Source of the DNA: Psammoneis japonica
Taxonomy: Eukaryota
Direction of reading: 5' to 3'
Length of the DNA stretch: 64,000 nt
NCBI GenBank assembly: GCA_008632985.1
Contig: QPGO01000119.1
Span: forward strand, 1-64,000
The notes under the pieces are model-generated. The model ran no database searches and was not told the origin of the DNA. It saw nothing but the letters and a program-made list of their open reading frames with translations. The translations under genes and the position numbers were made by a program. Of this stretch, positions 1 through 14,155 are shown piece by piece (within the stretch, counting starts at the first letter, position 1; every line of letters starts with the position of its first letter).

Positions 1-200
1 AATCAAACCAACACAGGCCCCGTCGACGTAATCATTACAAGTAGCTTGCATCGTCGAATCCACCCGTGTTACGTGTTGCATGCTGTGTGCTTTAGAATCA
101 ACTATTAATATAACTTTCAACAAAGAATCTAGTCAGTGTCTTAATACAAATATATTTCAAAAATGATTGGTTTCTAAACTATCAAAACGAGAGACGCCGT

Positions 201-1225
201 TCACGGGAAAGACAACGCCATCTTTCCGATCGCTTTCCCGCTCGCTTGGATCTCCAACGCCTGCTTTAAGTTGTCCCTAGTCAACTCAAACTCTTTGGTT
301 AGAGCAGGCGTGACCTTTCCCTCCTCGACAAGCTTGGTCGCAATAGAAAGAATCTCGTGTTGGCGCTCAATCTCGTGGCCCGTCTTGGGGCGGGTAAACA
401 TGAACTCTGCAGAAAAAGATATAGACTTATAAAAGAGTTGCATCAAGTCAACAGACACTGCAGGCCAAATTGAGACAATTCCGCCAAATGGAAGGACGAT
501 GTCAGTGAATTCTGCAAACGTCTCCTCCGTCAAGTCACTGCAATGCATAATGTAGTCAACGCCATCAAACCCAAGCTTTTGCAATTGGGTTTGAATGCCT
601 CGCGGTGAGAGACAATGTAGTCAGCACCACGTTCCTTCGCATATGCCTTTGTCTCGGGACGGGATGCACTTGCAATCACCTTTAGGCCGAGAACTTGTTT
701 GGCAACGGCAATGGCAGCGGATCCAACTCCACCGGCTCCAGCAGTAATGAGAATAGTCTTGCCCTCGTTACCACTAAGAGGAATGCGGAGCTTGTCAACC
801 ATGGCTTCATAGGCAGTCAACCACGTAAGTGGAATCGTAGCGGCCTCATTCCAAGATGTATTTGATGGCTTCTTGGCAGCGATCCTTTCGTCAACCACGG
901 CATATTCGGCAAACGATCCGGGCTTGAACAAGTCCCCGGCAAACATCACCTCATCGCCCTCTTTGAAAAGAGTAACATCCTCTCCCACGCTTTCCACTAC
1001 TCCAGCAGCATCCCAGCCAACTACGAGCGGACCCTCGTGTTCGAATGAAGCTTCGTGATTGCCAAGGTTGGCAAGAGCTTTGTAGTCAATTGGATTCGTT
1101 GCGACGGCTTTGATCTTCACCAAAATATCATGACCAGTGGGGGCAGATGGCTTGGGGATCTCCACCTCCCTGAGATGATCAAGCTCGCCAAAAGGCTTGT
1201 ACTCAGTTACCGCAAAGGCTTTCAT
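201..1225 (-). CDS. Zinc-type alcohol dehydrogenase-like / NADPH:quinone oxidoreductase (MDR superfamily); one apparent frameshift near 587
   Basis: ORFs 530-1225 and 201-584 join into one MDR protein (NPIDYK, VGWDAAGVV, ITAGAGGVG nucleotide-binding loop, GKAIGK C-terminus). Adding one base to the G run at 587-589 restores the frame (FKPQLQKLG). Confidence 0.85.
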
Positions 1226-2177
1226 TTGTTTGTTTTCGAGAGTTGTTGTTTAATTTTTCAATTTTTTGTGAGCACTCCAACTTCCAGATTCACCCTCGCG
1301 TAGAATTCTACAGTACTTGTACCGTATGCGGAGCACTCGTAAGGCCTGTGTGCAGGAACCTTTTCGAACAAAATCGAACGCCTGTCATACGTACGTCACT
1401 GCCCCCCAAAAAGCGCGCGAGCGGCGTGTGGAGTTTTGCCAAAAGAAGTTGGTCCGAATCATCTTCTACTCCATCTTCTCTACTATGAACTAGAGAGAGA
1501 GGGAGCTAAGATAGTACTCTCTAGAGTAATCGCTTCTCTGTATTTAAAAGATTCAACCAGTTGTGATAGCTGCCGCAGATACCGTACCAGTAGATCTTTG
1601 TTCAACTGCGAGCTAACCCGAGGAAGGGTCGTTACATTCTTGCTGCTTCGAAGTTGCTCCCGTTGTGCCCACATGACTATTCGCTTGCTCAATGTTCAAT
1701 TTGTGCTCTCTAAAGTCAGCACTGCTAGTACTGTTGGAACACAGAATAAATTTTTGTCAGCGTGAGAAAGGCGATGAAATCCGCAAAATATGGAAACTCG
1801 AATAACCTAACGCCATGGACCACCAAACTCCACTCTTGCTGTTCTTCCTGACGAATTAGACTTCTTTGCCACTGTGCTGTTTGACGCAGCCACACTTGAT
1901 AAGAAATAAGATGCAAAGACAACGTGCCAACTTACGCCTAAACTGTGGACCGTTACTCGTTCTATAAAACCTCGTGACGCCATCTTCTTTTCATCTTGAA
2001 CAGGCTACGGGGCACCATTTCGAAGACACCGTAGAGCGTCGCATTGCCCACTTGTTCTAGCTTGGACAATTCTTCTCCCGGATGACAGGACCAATCCAGT
2101 AATTCGATCCAATCTACAAACATCCTGAGACACAGACCAAAATGACTTTGCTATAAGGACTCGCTTGGAGCCTTCTG

Positions 2178-4645
2178 CTACGTCAAGGATCGAGTAGTAC
2201 TTCTGGACTGGTGCTCCTCGATGGTATGTTGAGGAGAAGGAGCAGACGTGCCACCTGCTGAACTCGCTGCTATTGTTTCTGGAGAGGCCGTGAGCCTAGT
2301 TGCATTTCGATCGCAGTAGGTTACAAGATTGTTGGCCCATTGAAGCTCGGGTGGTCCATCCCATAGCTTGGACAGTTCGTGTCGTCCTACAACGATTGTG
2401 GTCCCAAGGCAGCACGGTACAATGTACAGCAACGCCGGTTGCCCACGTTCCATTAGACGCACAGCGACATAGGCCATCATCAATCCAATTGCGTATGCAA
2501 CCAAAAGTGGAAACAGATAGCCATGATACCACTTTGTCGGAGGCTTGGTGACAGACTCGCCCATGCCGGCCAATACGGACAAGCGTTTCGCTTGATCCAA
2601 TCGAGCAGAAAAGGCAATGAGCAATCCAGGCAAGATCAAATCCCCAAACCCAATAGGGTGAACCACCTCGATAGTCATCAATGCGCGGAATTGTAAATAC
2701 CAATGGCAAGATTGTTCCGCCTTGACAGTCGCCGTCGTCTGGATACTTTTCGCAAAAGTTTTCATCACTTTCACTGCCATTGGCAGCTCCGCCACTTGTC
2801 GCAACCGTCACCATGATACTCTCGCCATTGAACAGATACGGCGTGATGAATACAAAGAAAATGTCATAGATAAAGGCAGCCATGAGCAGAGCCGTGGCAA
2901 CCTTGATGGAAGACAGGCGAATCACACTCAAAAACATGATACAGGCACAGGATGCCATGAGATTCTGTGTTAGCCAAAAGAAGACATTGTTGGTGGATGG
3001 GTTATCCGCTGTGAATCCGACATAAAGCCAGACAGCCGCAAGGGAATACGCAGATACCAGAGCAAAGAACACCGCCCACGTAAAGCTCGTTTGGAACCGT
3101 TTTATGCACAGGAAGGGTCCGCGAAGAAACTTGATTGCATTGTACACGGGATAGAAGATGAGATGAGCGACGGCCCCGAACACCCAATCGCGTACAAGAC
3201 CGCAACGGCACTGTAAAACTCAAAGTAAAACAAGAGAAAGAGAATGGACGATGCCACCAATACAAATGCAACTGCATGCCATACCGTCAACTCCAAAACT
3301 TCGGACGATTGAAAGCTTGAATTGGTTGTAGGTGTTGTGGCTGGGCGAGAAGAAGAAGAAGAAGAAGACGGAGCAGATTTGTCGGCGTGGTCGCTTCTGG
3401 TGCATCAGATGGGGAAGCTTCACTCGAAACCATGAGATCCTGCTGTGGTGAAGGTTCTTGTATTGCTGCTCTTCATCACCCAGTGATTCGTGTTCATCGT
3501 CAAACGCCTCTGTAGCCTCACCCGTTGGTTTTACGTCTGACTTGAGCGAGGTAGATCCGGGGGCGATGACAAGAGAAACTCCTCCGACGGTGATTCTTCT
3601 GTCGTTGATGGTTCTTCTTCCACAAGAATAGCCCTTTCTTCTTGTTCTTCGTTCTTCTTGGCTACTCCCCTGCGTCCGCCACGGTTGCTTCCTCTTGGTG
3701 TGGAATAGACGGCAGTGCCGGCAAGGACGCGCTGCCGCGTTGCAAGACACTCAGGCGTACATTATCCATGTATCGCTCCAGCATTCGATACGCCTTGCGG
3801 TAATCACGAACGGAATAAAGGGCACTAATGGTCACGACGGCAATCGCCAAGAGCCATACAATACAGAAGATACGTTGAATTCCGAATAGGATCGTGTTTG
3901 AATCGTAACTTGCTCTTGTTCCCTTTCCGACAAGATGGCTCCTTGCCGCATGGTGCAAACATGGATACAAAATCAGAATATCCTTGAATTGGTTTTGATT
4001 CATGTCATCGTCTTTGCCCATGCTGATATGCAAATCCCATGCACAACACGCCGTGTATTCGTCGTTATTGTCCTTTTGCCCGTCACGAGACAACGCTGAG
4101 ACTCACACAATGTCTGGTTATCCAGTTGACAAAGATTGTTTGGATTCGTCAAGGTTAAGAATTCATCGTGTGTTTTGGTCGAATACGCGGTGGATCCAAT
4201 TGGAACTTGTTCTTGTTGGCGGCAATGGTTGCTTACCTCCATTGGCACACTCGTAATCAATTTTATTTTTGGGGTATTCCACATGCGTCTCGTTCCATTC
4301 ATACCGCGATTCCAGAGTATTGTAGACAATCATACCGACGGCACCATTCTCCATGGCGACAAGTGCCTTTTGTTGAAAGGAACAATTGCCTCGAGGAACC
4401 AAGACAATGTTGGATTGAAACACGTCGTGTGCTTGAGAATTGCTGCACAAGAGCGGATTTTCCTTGGGTGCCACCACGAGCGTTCCTGAAATTTTGGCCT
4501 TATCGTTTTGATTGAAATTGGCCATGCGACACAACAAGTGTAAATCGTTGACAAACAATTCGCCATTGAGAGTGACGCAGAATACAACATTATGCGAACA
4601 CAAGTAGAGGAACAAGAACGACAACAAGTGCAGACGTCGCTTCAT
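2178..4645 (-). CDS. Signal peptide peptidase-like (SPPL2-type, PA domain + peptidase A22B); broken by several indels and probably introns
   Basis: N-terminal hydrophobic leader, PA domain (IVLVPRGNCSFQQKALVAMENGAVGMIVYN), catalytic YDIFFVF, GFGDLILPG and QPALLYIVP motifs spread over adjacent ORFs. Confidence 0.85.
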
Positions 4646-4909
4646 AATCTGCATTCTGAAGGGCACGATTGAGTATGCTTCTCAAAATATTGGAGACCAG
4701 GTCTTTTCGGTCTATTTTTTTTGTTTTGTAAGAAGGCAAGAGATATGCACGATCTCTACTAGAGGCCTAATCGCAAGAGACGCGTTGCTTGGTCGTGTGT
4801 GTTGTTGATGGATCGTACATGGCTTCGGTGCATCGGGTCTTTCTCGAATTTCTTTGCGCGCGACGGTCTTTGTGACCTCCCGCAACCCACAACTTTTTTC
4901 ACACTGTCT

Positions 4910-7015
4910 ATCGCGCGCAACCGTTCGAGCGAAAAAAAAGTTGAACGGCCCACGCGGGCGAAGATTTTTTTTCAATTTTGCGTGTGTCGGAAGGCAAAAT
5001 CTGCCTCCATGATGGTCATTTGCCGTCTCTTTCGTTTTTTTAGATGGTTTGAAGCCGACAAACCAAGCAATGTCGTTGGCGCTTGATCTGAAGAACACCA
5101 CAGGTGCTTCAAATGAACAAATGCATCCACCAGAAGCTTTTTGATCCATTCAACACACGCTTGAAAAGGGCGAATCGACACGGCGCATTGCGCATCATGG
5201 TCGAACATTGCACCACTTGCCTTCGCCTCAATCGCATCTGTTCGCCACATGTGAGATGGACACGGCATGCAAAAACATGTTTGGTTGTTGCAGTGAACCA
5301 ACGACTTGCATCATTCCTGATTTTTGCACGAGCAGGTGCCAAGCCAAACACATCATTTTCAACAGCTCCATCCTGTGTTTACAGGCAAATGGCACGGCAA
5401 AGACCATGTCAACTGTGATTTACAATGCGCGCTTGATGAATGCATGGAATCCAAAATGCGGAAGCATTGTGCATCCCATTTGGACCGCATCACGTCGGTG
5501 TGGACATTGGATGGAACTTGAGTGCAACCACAACGACGTCGGACAAGTCGTTGAGTGGCGGCACGTCCAGAACAAAATGAATGAGGCAGCTGACGTTGGA
5601 GCCATGCCGGCAGTGGCTCAATGGTTGCTCGTTCTTGCATTGACAGAATGAACCCGAAGCTGCCGATGAACGTGCCGAGCAGGCGACAACGACATCTTGG
5701 AGGCATGGTTGTCGGAACATTTTCGAGTGTGCCTTCTGACGCTCCCACCTCGGGCACCTGAGATGAACCCGATTGAACTGCTGTGGAATTGTCCGGTGGA
5801 GTGTCTTTCATGTCAGTCCATTTGGATGACTGCCTTTTTGGGGAGAGCACCGGGTGGCCTGCCACGCAGCTGCTGTCATTGGCTGCCTGCCGCCACTGTG
5901 ACTGCCAAGTCTGGCCGCAGCAGAGTGAACTCTGACATTGTCATCTGTGACTGTCAACACATTGCATTCTTTTGCTGTTTTTAAAATGCACTCTAGCTAG
6001 AGTGCAGTTGCCAGTGGATGCGGGACATTAGGATGAAAAGCCTGCTTCGGATTCTCCCAGCTTGCTTCTCCCATTGTCGAATTGTGACAGTGTGCCATGT
6101 TGCCAGCACTGTCACGGCATGTGCTCCAGCCCGGAGGACTCTCTCTTCCTGCAATGGTGGCAGAGGTGGGGGGGGGGATGGAAATGGGGGTGGCCTGCTG
6201 TGGGTTCGTTCCCGATTTTCACCCGCAGTGCTGTTGCAACAGCACCGTCTGTCACTGGCATTGTCATGCACGGCTCTCCAGCCTGCTGCAGAGGAAGGAC
6301 TGGCTGTGCGGGAGGCGATGGCAGCTGAGACGGCATGGCATGAGACTGACTGCCTCCCATGACAGAACTCAAAAAATTGGGGATGCTGCTGCAGCCACTG
6401 GCGAGAGTTTGCTGTTGCGTGTCCTTGCCAAAAAAGGAGTGACAAAATGAGTGTTGAGTTTTTGCAAGAAACAATGCAAGACACACAATCGATCAACAAC
6501 TTGCAATGCGGGGCATGTCATTTGAATTCGAACCAGCAAGAAACCATGGGAACTGCTTTGTTTGTGATGAGAAAAAAATCCATTCAGCCGCAGTTCTCTT
6601 CGTCGTCGCATTCGTCAAGGCGGCTCGATGACCAATTTGCTCGGTGCATGACTTCTTGAAGAGATCCTTCATCACCACTGGCAATGGAGGAGTCTGCAGG
6701 GCTTTCGGGCAATCGCTGCACATTTGCAGCAGCTGGGATTGCACCACCACCGCGGCGATCCGCGGAATCTTCTCAGTCAGATTTTTGACTCGATTCGTCG
6801 TCTAACTCATCCTTTCTTGACATCACATTATTGCGCTTGACAAGCGAAACAGGGTCATGGCCATTAACCTAGTGGAACGAGACATGTCGCGGCGAAAGAC
6901 AGTAAATGACCGTCATGGAGGCAGATTTTGCCCTCAAATGCAAGATTGGAAAAAAAAATTTCTGCGCCCGCGTGGGCCCACTCAACTTTTTGTCGCTCGA
7001 ACGGTTGCGCGCGAT
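4910..7015. mobile_element. Decayed Tc1/IS630-like DNA transposon with ~120-bp imperfect terminal inverted repeats
   Basis: ATCGCGCGCAACCGTTCGAGCGA...GGCAAAATCTGCCTCCATGA at 4910-~5034 is the reverse complement of ~6893-7015. Internal remnant LPPRAPEMNPIELLWN (ORF 5697-5984) matches the IS630/Tc1 LPxYSPELNPIExxW motif. No clean TSD seen. Confidence 0.75.
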
Positions 7016-7652
7016 TGATGATACTTGGGTTTGTGTGCTTTGCTTGAGGGTTATGAAGGCGTCGGAAAGAACGAGTGGCTCTGTCGACAAGGGCAATTGC
7101 AAGTCGTAGTTTTGGTTCGGTGTTCGTAGGTTTCATAAATAAACTCTAGAATTCTACGACAAGATTTCCTACGATCGCAGCACGAATGGTCGTAGGCACT
7201 GGTATCGTTTGCACAGAGGCTAATCGTTGATGGGTTCTGAGAAGAACATTATTATAGCATTAAAGACTGAATAATATTTTTTGCTAATATTAAAATCTAC
7301 TCCTTCAATTTTGTATACTTATTAAATGGCCACTATGAAAAAGACATTCGATTATTTAGGGCGACATCATCGCAATGAGACATGACTCGGTGCAATTTTT
7401 GACGAAGAAATGACCATTTACTTAAGGGTCATTTTCCTGCTCTCGTTTGTATGGAAACCCGTATCTGCCATACCTACGTGGATTCCTACGGCGTGTCACA
7501 GTAGTATACCAAATTCTCCGACAGCTGCCTGCCCGAAGTCGCATTCATTCACAACGAAGACACCATCAACCCCATCACCACTCATCACGTTTCACAGTCC
7601 ATCAATCAACACACATGCCTCCAGTGAGATAAACACACATTTCACCACCAAC

Positions 7653-10550
7653 ATGAGTGAGACACTGAAAGCGAGCATGTCGGATATCTATGCGGAGTTT
7701 GATGACAGCGATAACCTCGAGGTATGTTTGTACGGCGCGTCAAGTGACCTTCACGGGATATGTGTTCTTTGTTTATTTTTGCCGTGTTTGATCCCTCCAC
7801 ACCGTGGCGGTCAAGATGATACTATCGTTGTTCTCGTCGTTTGAATGAATGTGCTTGTGGTTTTCATACACGACGTCGTCGTTGTGATTATTTTGCGTGA
7901 TTCGCCGCCGCCATGGGCCTGCTGCTTCGGGCGGTTGACAGGTTGCGCGAGTTTTTTGCCATACATTTTTGTGTACAATCCACGTGGGATTGCCGTCTGG
8001 GCTTTCCATCTGTTTCGATCGTACTGTGAATTCTACGAAGTTTCTGTACTGAATAAAAAAGAATGTCTCGAGGCTCTGGTAAAACGAGGCGAGGGCAATA
8101 GGGACATGTCATGTTGACATCATCGTTAAATAGGGGGGCCATCTGTTGGATGTCTCACGTGCAGCAGCATGCTGTTTCGTGTTTCTGCGTTGTGCTCCTT
8201 TGATGTGGGTTCGCATTAGATTTTTGACTTGACATCAACACTACTGATTGCCATGATGGACTTTATCAGCGATACGGATAGCCTTGTAGTGCGTTGCGCT
8301 TTGTGTCTTACGCGTTATTGTTGTAACTGATGCTGTATGCTGATCGTTGATTGATTGACTCTGTGTGTTTAGGGCAACGATGAGGATATCGGAGCACTCG
8401 GCTCGATTCTCTCATGGGACGATGACGACGACGAAGCCGTAGGGATCTCTGTTGCTGCTACATCATCTGCGCTGGAACAACGCGATGGCGACGCTACCTT
8501 ACCAACCTCTGTATCATACACTAAAAACGCGACGAATTACCTGCCTGATTTAGATTCTTCCACGAACAACACGCCGATGCAAGTCCCCTTCAGTACGACT
8601 CCAACTCCGGTTCAGCCAACAGCACCTGCACCACCCCCACCTATTGTTCAGCAGCCACAGCCTCAGCCTCCTACTCAGCAATCGCAGCGGGCACAGCAGC
8701 CACAACAGCCAATGGTTGCTGCTCCTCAAGCTCCGGTTCCACCGACAGGTCAGCCTCAGTTAATGTTTTACCAGATGCCTCCTTTTCAGACGGGAACTAC
8801 TTCAGAACAGCAGCAGGCAGTCACGTTGGCACCCGGCATGGCGCTTGCAGCTATCCCGAGACCGCCTCAGCAGCAACAGCAGCCTGAACAGACATTTAAT
8901 TTGGCAGATCCGAACGCTTTTATCCGGCAGATGCAGGCTGCTCAAATGATGCAGCAACAGCAACGTCCGCTAGCACCACAGCCTGCACCTCTCATGCCGA
9001 GTCTGCCTCAAGCACAACAGACGCAACAAATGTTGGCTAATGCTGCAATACCTCAAGAAAAGAAGACAAAACAGGTTGCTACAGCTCGTACTAATGTCGT
9101 TTCTTGCAGTGACACGGACGGGGATTCCACAGTTGTCAAGCCGACAGAGACGACGAGCAAACCGGACAAGAAGAAGGCTCGCAAGAGCGAAGGCGCCAAG
9201 GATGATCACGATACGTCCAACATGACGGCTGCCGAAAAGGCCAAGGCTAACCGAGACCGCAACCGAGAACACGCTAGAAACACCCGGTTGCGTAAAAAGG
9301 CCTATCTCGAGAAGCTCAAGATGACCGTGGACGAGCTGTGTCGGGAGCGCGACACGCTTGTATCGGAACGTGCGGGTGCTGCCAATCTCCTGGTGGAGAT
9401 GCACAACACACGGACCGAAGTGCTAATGTCCTTTTTTGCGTTGCGGTCGGCCTATGAAAAGAGAAGAGAGCTGTGGTCGAGTATACTGGATGAGAGTTGC
9501 TTTGCCTGCGTCATGCCTGTGACGCCGTATCGATCCTTTCCTGCAAGTGAAGTACAAGCCTCCAAGTGTCAACGTACCATTCTTGGCATTGACGGTATGA
9601 TGGCCGACACGGCCTCTCTCCATGTACTGCTCAACTCGCTTGTGGACCGCACAAGATACCCCAACGCCTCGGTTGCCTTTCGGTATACCCTCGTGACAGA
9701 AGACGCCGTTGTCGCGGGCAACCAAATGATGGCTCGTTGGGTCATGTCCACCCTCAATGCAACGCAGTGTGGTGCTCGCATGGAGGTTGCCAAGCAAGGA
9801 ATGCTTTGTTGTAAATTCAACAGCGCCCACAAGATTATTGGACTCGAACTCATGTTTGATGTCATGGCCTTTATGCTTCAACTCAAGCAAGCGGCCGGGA
9901 CGGACAGCTTTGCTGTCGTTCCCAACACGGTCCAGACGTGTCAACGGTCCTTTGACACACCCATGGTTATGACTCTTGCCGAGAGGCCGTATACCATTGT
10001 TCAAGTCAACAAGTTGTGGGAAACCATGACTGGCTTTCGTGCCGAAGACGTTGTGGGCAAGGCATCGTGTCAGATTCTGCAAGGACAAGAGACGGACCGT
10101 TCGTCTCTGGATGAGTTAATGTACGCGGTGCGGTTCAAACGTCCCGCGTCGTGCGTCTTGATGAATTACACTCGAGGTGGAAAGCGGTTTCGGAACTACC
10201 TCAACGTGTATCCGCTTAGCACGGATAGCAAGGTGACGCACTATGTGGCCTTGACAAGTCATGTCGAACAGGTGGATGGCTCTGCGAATCAAGCACAACA
10301 GCAGCAGGCAACGACGACTACTACTACTAGTCAACCGCAGCACGTGACAACAACGTCAAGGCAACAGCAGCAACCCATTATTGTGGCACCAAGCATGACT
10401 CCCAAGCCAATACAAGCTGCACCAACGATGTTTATGCCACAACTCATCCAATCGAACGTTCAACCCATGACTGCTGTGAATAGTAACAACAAGAGACCCC
10501 TGCAACAGCAAGATGGCGATGCGGCACAAAAATTGACAAGACGTGCATGA
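7653..10550 (+). CDS. bZIP-PAS (LOV-like) transcription factor with Q/P-rich N-terminus; predicted exons 7653-7721 and 8373-10550
   Basis: Basic-zipper NRDRNREHARNTRLRKKAYLEKLKMTVDEL and C-terminal PAS/LOV-like segment (IVQVNKLWETMTGF...VVGKASCQILQGQETD...NYTRGGKRFRN). GT at 7722 and AG at 8371-8372 join in frame with ORF 8577-10550. Confidence 0.85.
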
Positions 10551-11143
10551 GCGAGCGAAGAGCATGCACGGTGTCAACAACATGTACAAAGATTAAAGAG
10601 AACGTGGCTCGTTTTTGCATAGCCTATTTATCAGAAAGCCACGAAATGTAAATGAAAATTTGGGTCGGTTTAGAACAAAGACCGATAATACTATAAACAC
10701 ATGTGCATTTTGAATTCTTGTTCTACCCTTTTCGTTTTGTAGTGCTTGTTACCATTTCTAGAATAAAGGCACCGGTAGTAGAGCAGTTTAGAGACTACTG
10801 GTGAGTACAGTAGGACTATGAGTGACAACGTCGCTACGATACAGTCCGTTTCTCCGACATCTCTTTTGTGAGGCCATGTTTCTTGTCTTGAACACTCAGC
10901 GGCAATGCCATGTCTACGAGTACTCTCCAGCTCTAGCTCTCTAGAGAGTAGCGTATGAGGACACTTGTGCTGCACCAGCACGATGATTTGACATTAGCAA
11001 CCATATTATGTAGTGCGAGCTCTAGAGTAGAGGTCGTCCGCCGCCGCTGACGGGCGGTCCAGAACAACAACAACTACTACTACTACTTCTACTACTTTGT
11101 AATACGTAAAACATGCATACTTAAATCTAACCCCCATCATTCC

Positions 11144-14100
11144 TCATTTACTAGTGCTTGCTCTTTGTAGAGCTTCAAGCAGTCGTTTCTCCATGTCTCT
11201 CAGGTTCGCCGCGTTCTTCTCATCGCGTTCGACACGCATTGCCTCGTTGGTGGCATCTCTTTCGGCGAGGGTCGCCATGTGCCGTGCATCCCGTTCTTCA
11301 AGGGCGGCGAGATATTTCGTTTCTTGCTCGGCGGCTCTCTTTTTGATACTTTCAATCTCTGCCTGGTGTTTGGCTTCCCGGTCAGCAGCTTGTTTCTCCA
11401 TTGCTGCGCGTTCCGCTTGTCGGTCGGTTTCGAGTTCCAACAATCGCCGTTCCAAATCACTGCTGCTACTGGAAGATTCGTTTTGGTCCGTGTTGGCGCT
11501 ATCAAACATGGCAAGGGTGCCCTTGTTGGTGTATTCTGCGTAGTCTGCCCAGCCGTCATCGTCAAACTCATCTTGTATCCCTTGGTTCTTCTTCCATGGC
11601 TGCGCACCAAGGATAATAAGGGTCACAAACCTGACTGGCTTGTACACGCACCAGTTAAACAAACGCCGTCGGAGCACAAATCGATATATGCATGTCTCTG
11701 GCTGTCCTTCCCAGCCAAACCATAAATAAACCGCCAAGATAAAGAATAGATAGATAGTGACCATGAACGTGATGACATACGATACGGTGTCTGCGATATC
11801 GGAAGGCACCGTGAAGGCTTTCATGATCCCAAAGGATATTGCGTAAAACACAGAGCCGCCGAGAAATGACAAGTACAGCAGGACGCAACTTGTCGCTACA
11901 CGAACTAGAATGGAAAGCCACCTATTCGTGCATGACGCGTCTTTTCGTGGCATCAAGAGCTGTTCCAGCGCCACACTAAACAGAGCAAACGAAGTTGAGC
12001 CTCTACTACGGGGCTGTACGAACCAAGTAAAGGAATTGAACAAGCTCGTCCACGCACGACCTACCTCTTGGCAACCAGTGCGATTCTAGCTCTCGCAAAC
12101 TGTCGATCTGACCTCTCTCTTGATTCCTCATACGACGTTGTTACGATCGCGATCAACATGTTTAATAAAACGACGACACCGACAAAGGTCACGGCGACAT
12201 AGAGAAACGTCGTCAGCGCATCAATGTCAAAGTCGTCATATCCAAAATCGCCAACAAACATTCGGTAGATGGTGAGATAGCTCTGTGCACGATCGTCTTC
12301 ACAAAAGACACTTTCATTCAAGTCACAGGCAGACTCCCCATTTTCGTCTACCCTTCGAAAAGCCGTGTAGATTGTATAAAACATGTCGCCGAATGCCATA
12401 ATGACAACAAGCATCATCAAACAGAACCAGATCATCGCCACAAGAATCTGTACCACAAGAAGTTAAACGCAGAAATATTAGGCACGGTAGAGAAAGACAG
12501 CCTACAGAAGCATCCCAGCTTACCTCAAACAAGCTGTTGATGTACGCCGCCAACGTACTGTTCATGATTTGCAAAAAGCCCATTACTTTAAGCCACATGA
12601 TACCGATTACAAAAGCTTGAAAGGCAAAATAGGATGGCTGTGGGTTTCTATTTGAGCCAAAGCCTTCCAAAAACACCCAACTGGTTGTAACCATGACGGT
12701 AGACACTAGCTCGAGCAACGTCCACACATAGGTCACGCTCTTCCAAAACACCCGCCACGACACTTTGGCAAGCGCCAGTTCCAAGCCAGAGCGGAACCAG
12801 AAATAGACGATACACCCCAAAACAATGGAGCTGAGAAAGTCGTTTTCAAAGTTTTTGTTTCGGTGCGTTCGAAACATGACGTTTCGATAAAGTATCAAAA
12901 GGACCAAGTGAAAGAGAAAGTCACTGAAGAGCAAGGTCATCATGAAGGGTCGCTGCAGCCTCGGTTGAGTGCCATTTGTACAGTGGCCGTGATTCCTGCA
13001 CGTTCCATGTCGCGGTTCGACAAGGTAAAGAGCCGTAGAATCAATGTGTCTTCCTTGGCAATGGTCTGAAACAGGGCCATTCGTTCTTGATTAAACGCGT
13101 TCACAGTCTCCTTTGTGGGAGTAATGTGCTTGACTTGATAGTCGTTTCCGTTGGCACTCGTGGGAAGACGAAGATAGTCTGTGACTTTGAGATTCGATAT
13201 CATTTCCAAGTACTCCACGCCCAAGTGTTTGGTTTCCGAGTGCTTGAGAATATCCAGGAGCCAACAGCGAGCGCCTTTAGGAGTAGTGTTTGAAAACCAC
13301 GATCCAGGCGCCAGGTTTGATCCCATCATCATGTGTGATCCTGTCAACAGGTTTGTGTTACTCTGATCCACCTCATCGTCAGAAGCTGTGTCCTCGGTGA
13401 GCACCGAGAACTTGGACATTAAAGCTCTTGTTACAATCGGCAGCGAAAGGATCTCTCGTTTCAATACTTCATTCTCAAGAAGTAGAATGGTTGGAATGAA
13501 ATGTGGGATTCTCGCAACATGATCGACAACGTATTGACTCTTGAATATGGAGAACAATTCATTTCCTACTTCCTTTTCATAAATTTCCCTCAAGCATACG
13601 CCAAGTCCTCTAGAGAGCAAAAAGGGAGGCAAAAGATTCAGTACAGTTGCGCACGGAGAACAAGAACTATCTCAGCTGTGAAGCAGCGGTACGCGGTACT
13701 GCCTACCTGAGTGCATCAATCATTTGATGCATTGTATCAAAATGGCCCCTGTCTTTTGAGAGCTTACTCGTCTTTTTACCATGGTAAAGGCCCTTCATGT
13801 CTTGCAGAATGTTGGTAACGCCCGAACCTTTTTCTGCCACCTCGTTGTTTTCGGCGGCGACCGCCACCCACGTCGTTACAGTCTCCACATATTGTAAAGC
13901 ACGTTGTACCGTCGGATCACTGTCTAGCTTTTTTTGTTCTTGTTCATAAGAATACTCCTCTACCTCATCATCGTCATCCATGGCACTTGCAAAAAAAGGC
14001 GGTTCTTCCCCGCCGCCGGACGTGACCATGTTCTTGTGTTCCTCGGCGTCGTCTCGCTCTTTTCCTCCCTCATCTGCTGAAGGATCCGACATGGTTGACG

Positions 14101-14155
14101 TATCAATCTGTTGAATTGACTTGCTGTCGCTGCCCGCCCGAGAGAAACGGATCAT
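11144..14155 (-). CDS. TRP-like / ion-transport-domain membrane protein with C-terminal coiled coil, multi-exon
   Basis: Consecutive minus-strand ORFs with TM helices, a pore-like FGDMFY...YRMFVGDF segment and S6/TRP-like VVLLNMLIAIVTTSYE; GT-AG introns (e.g. near 12445-12522). Confidence 0.7.
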
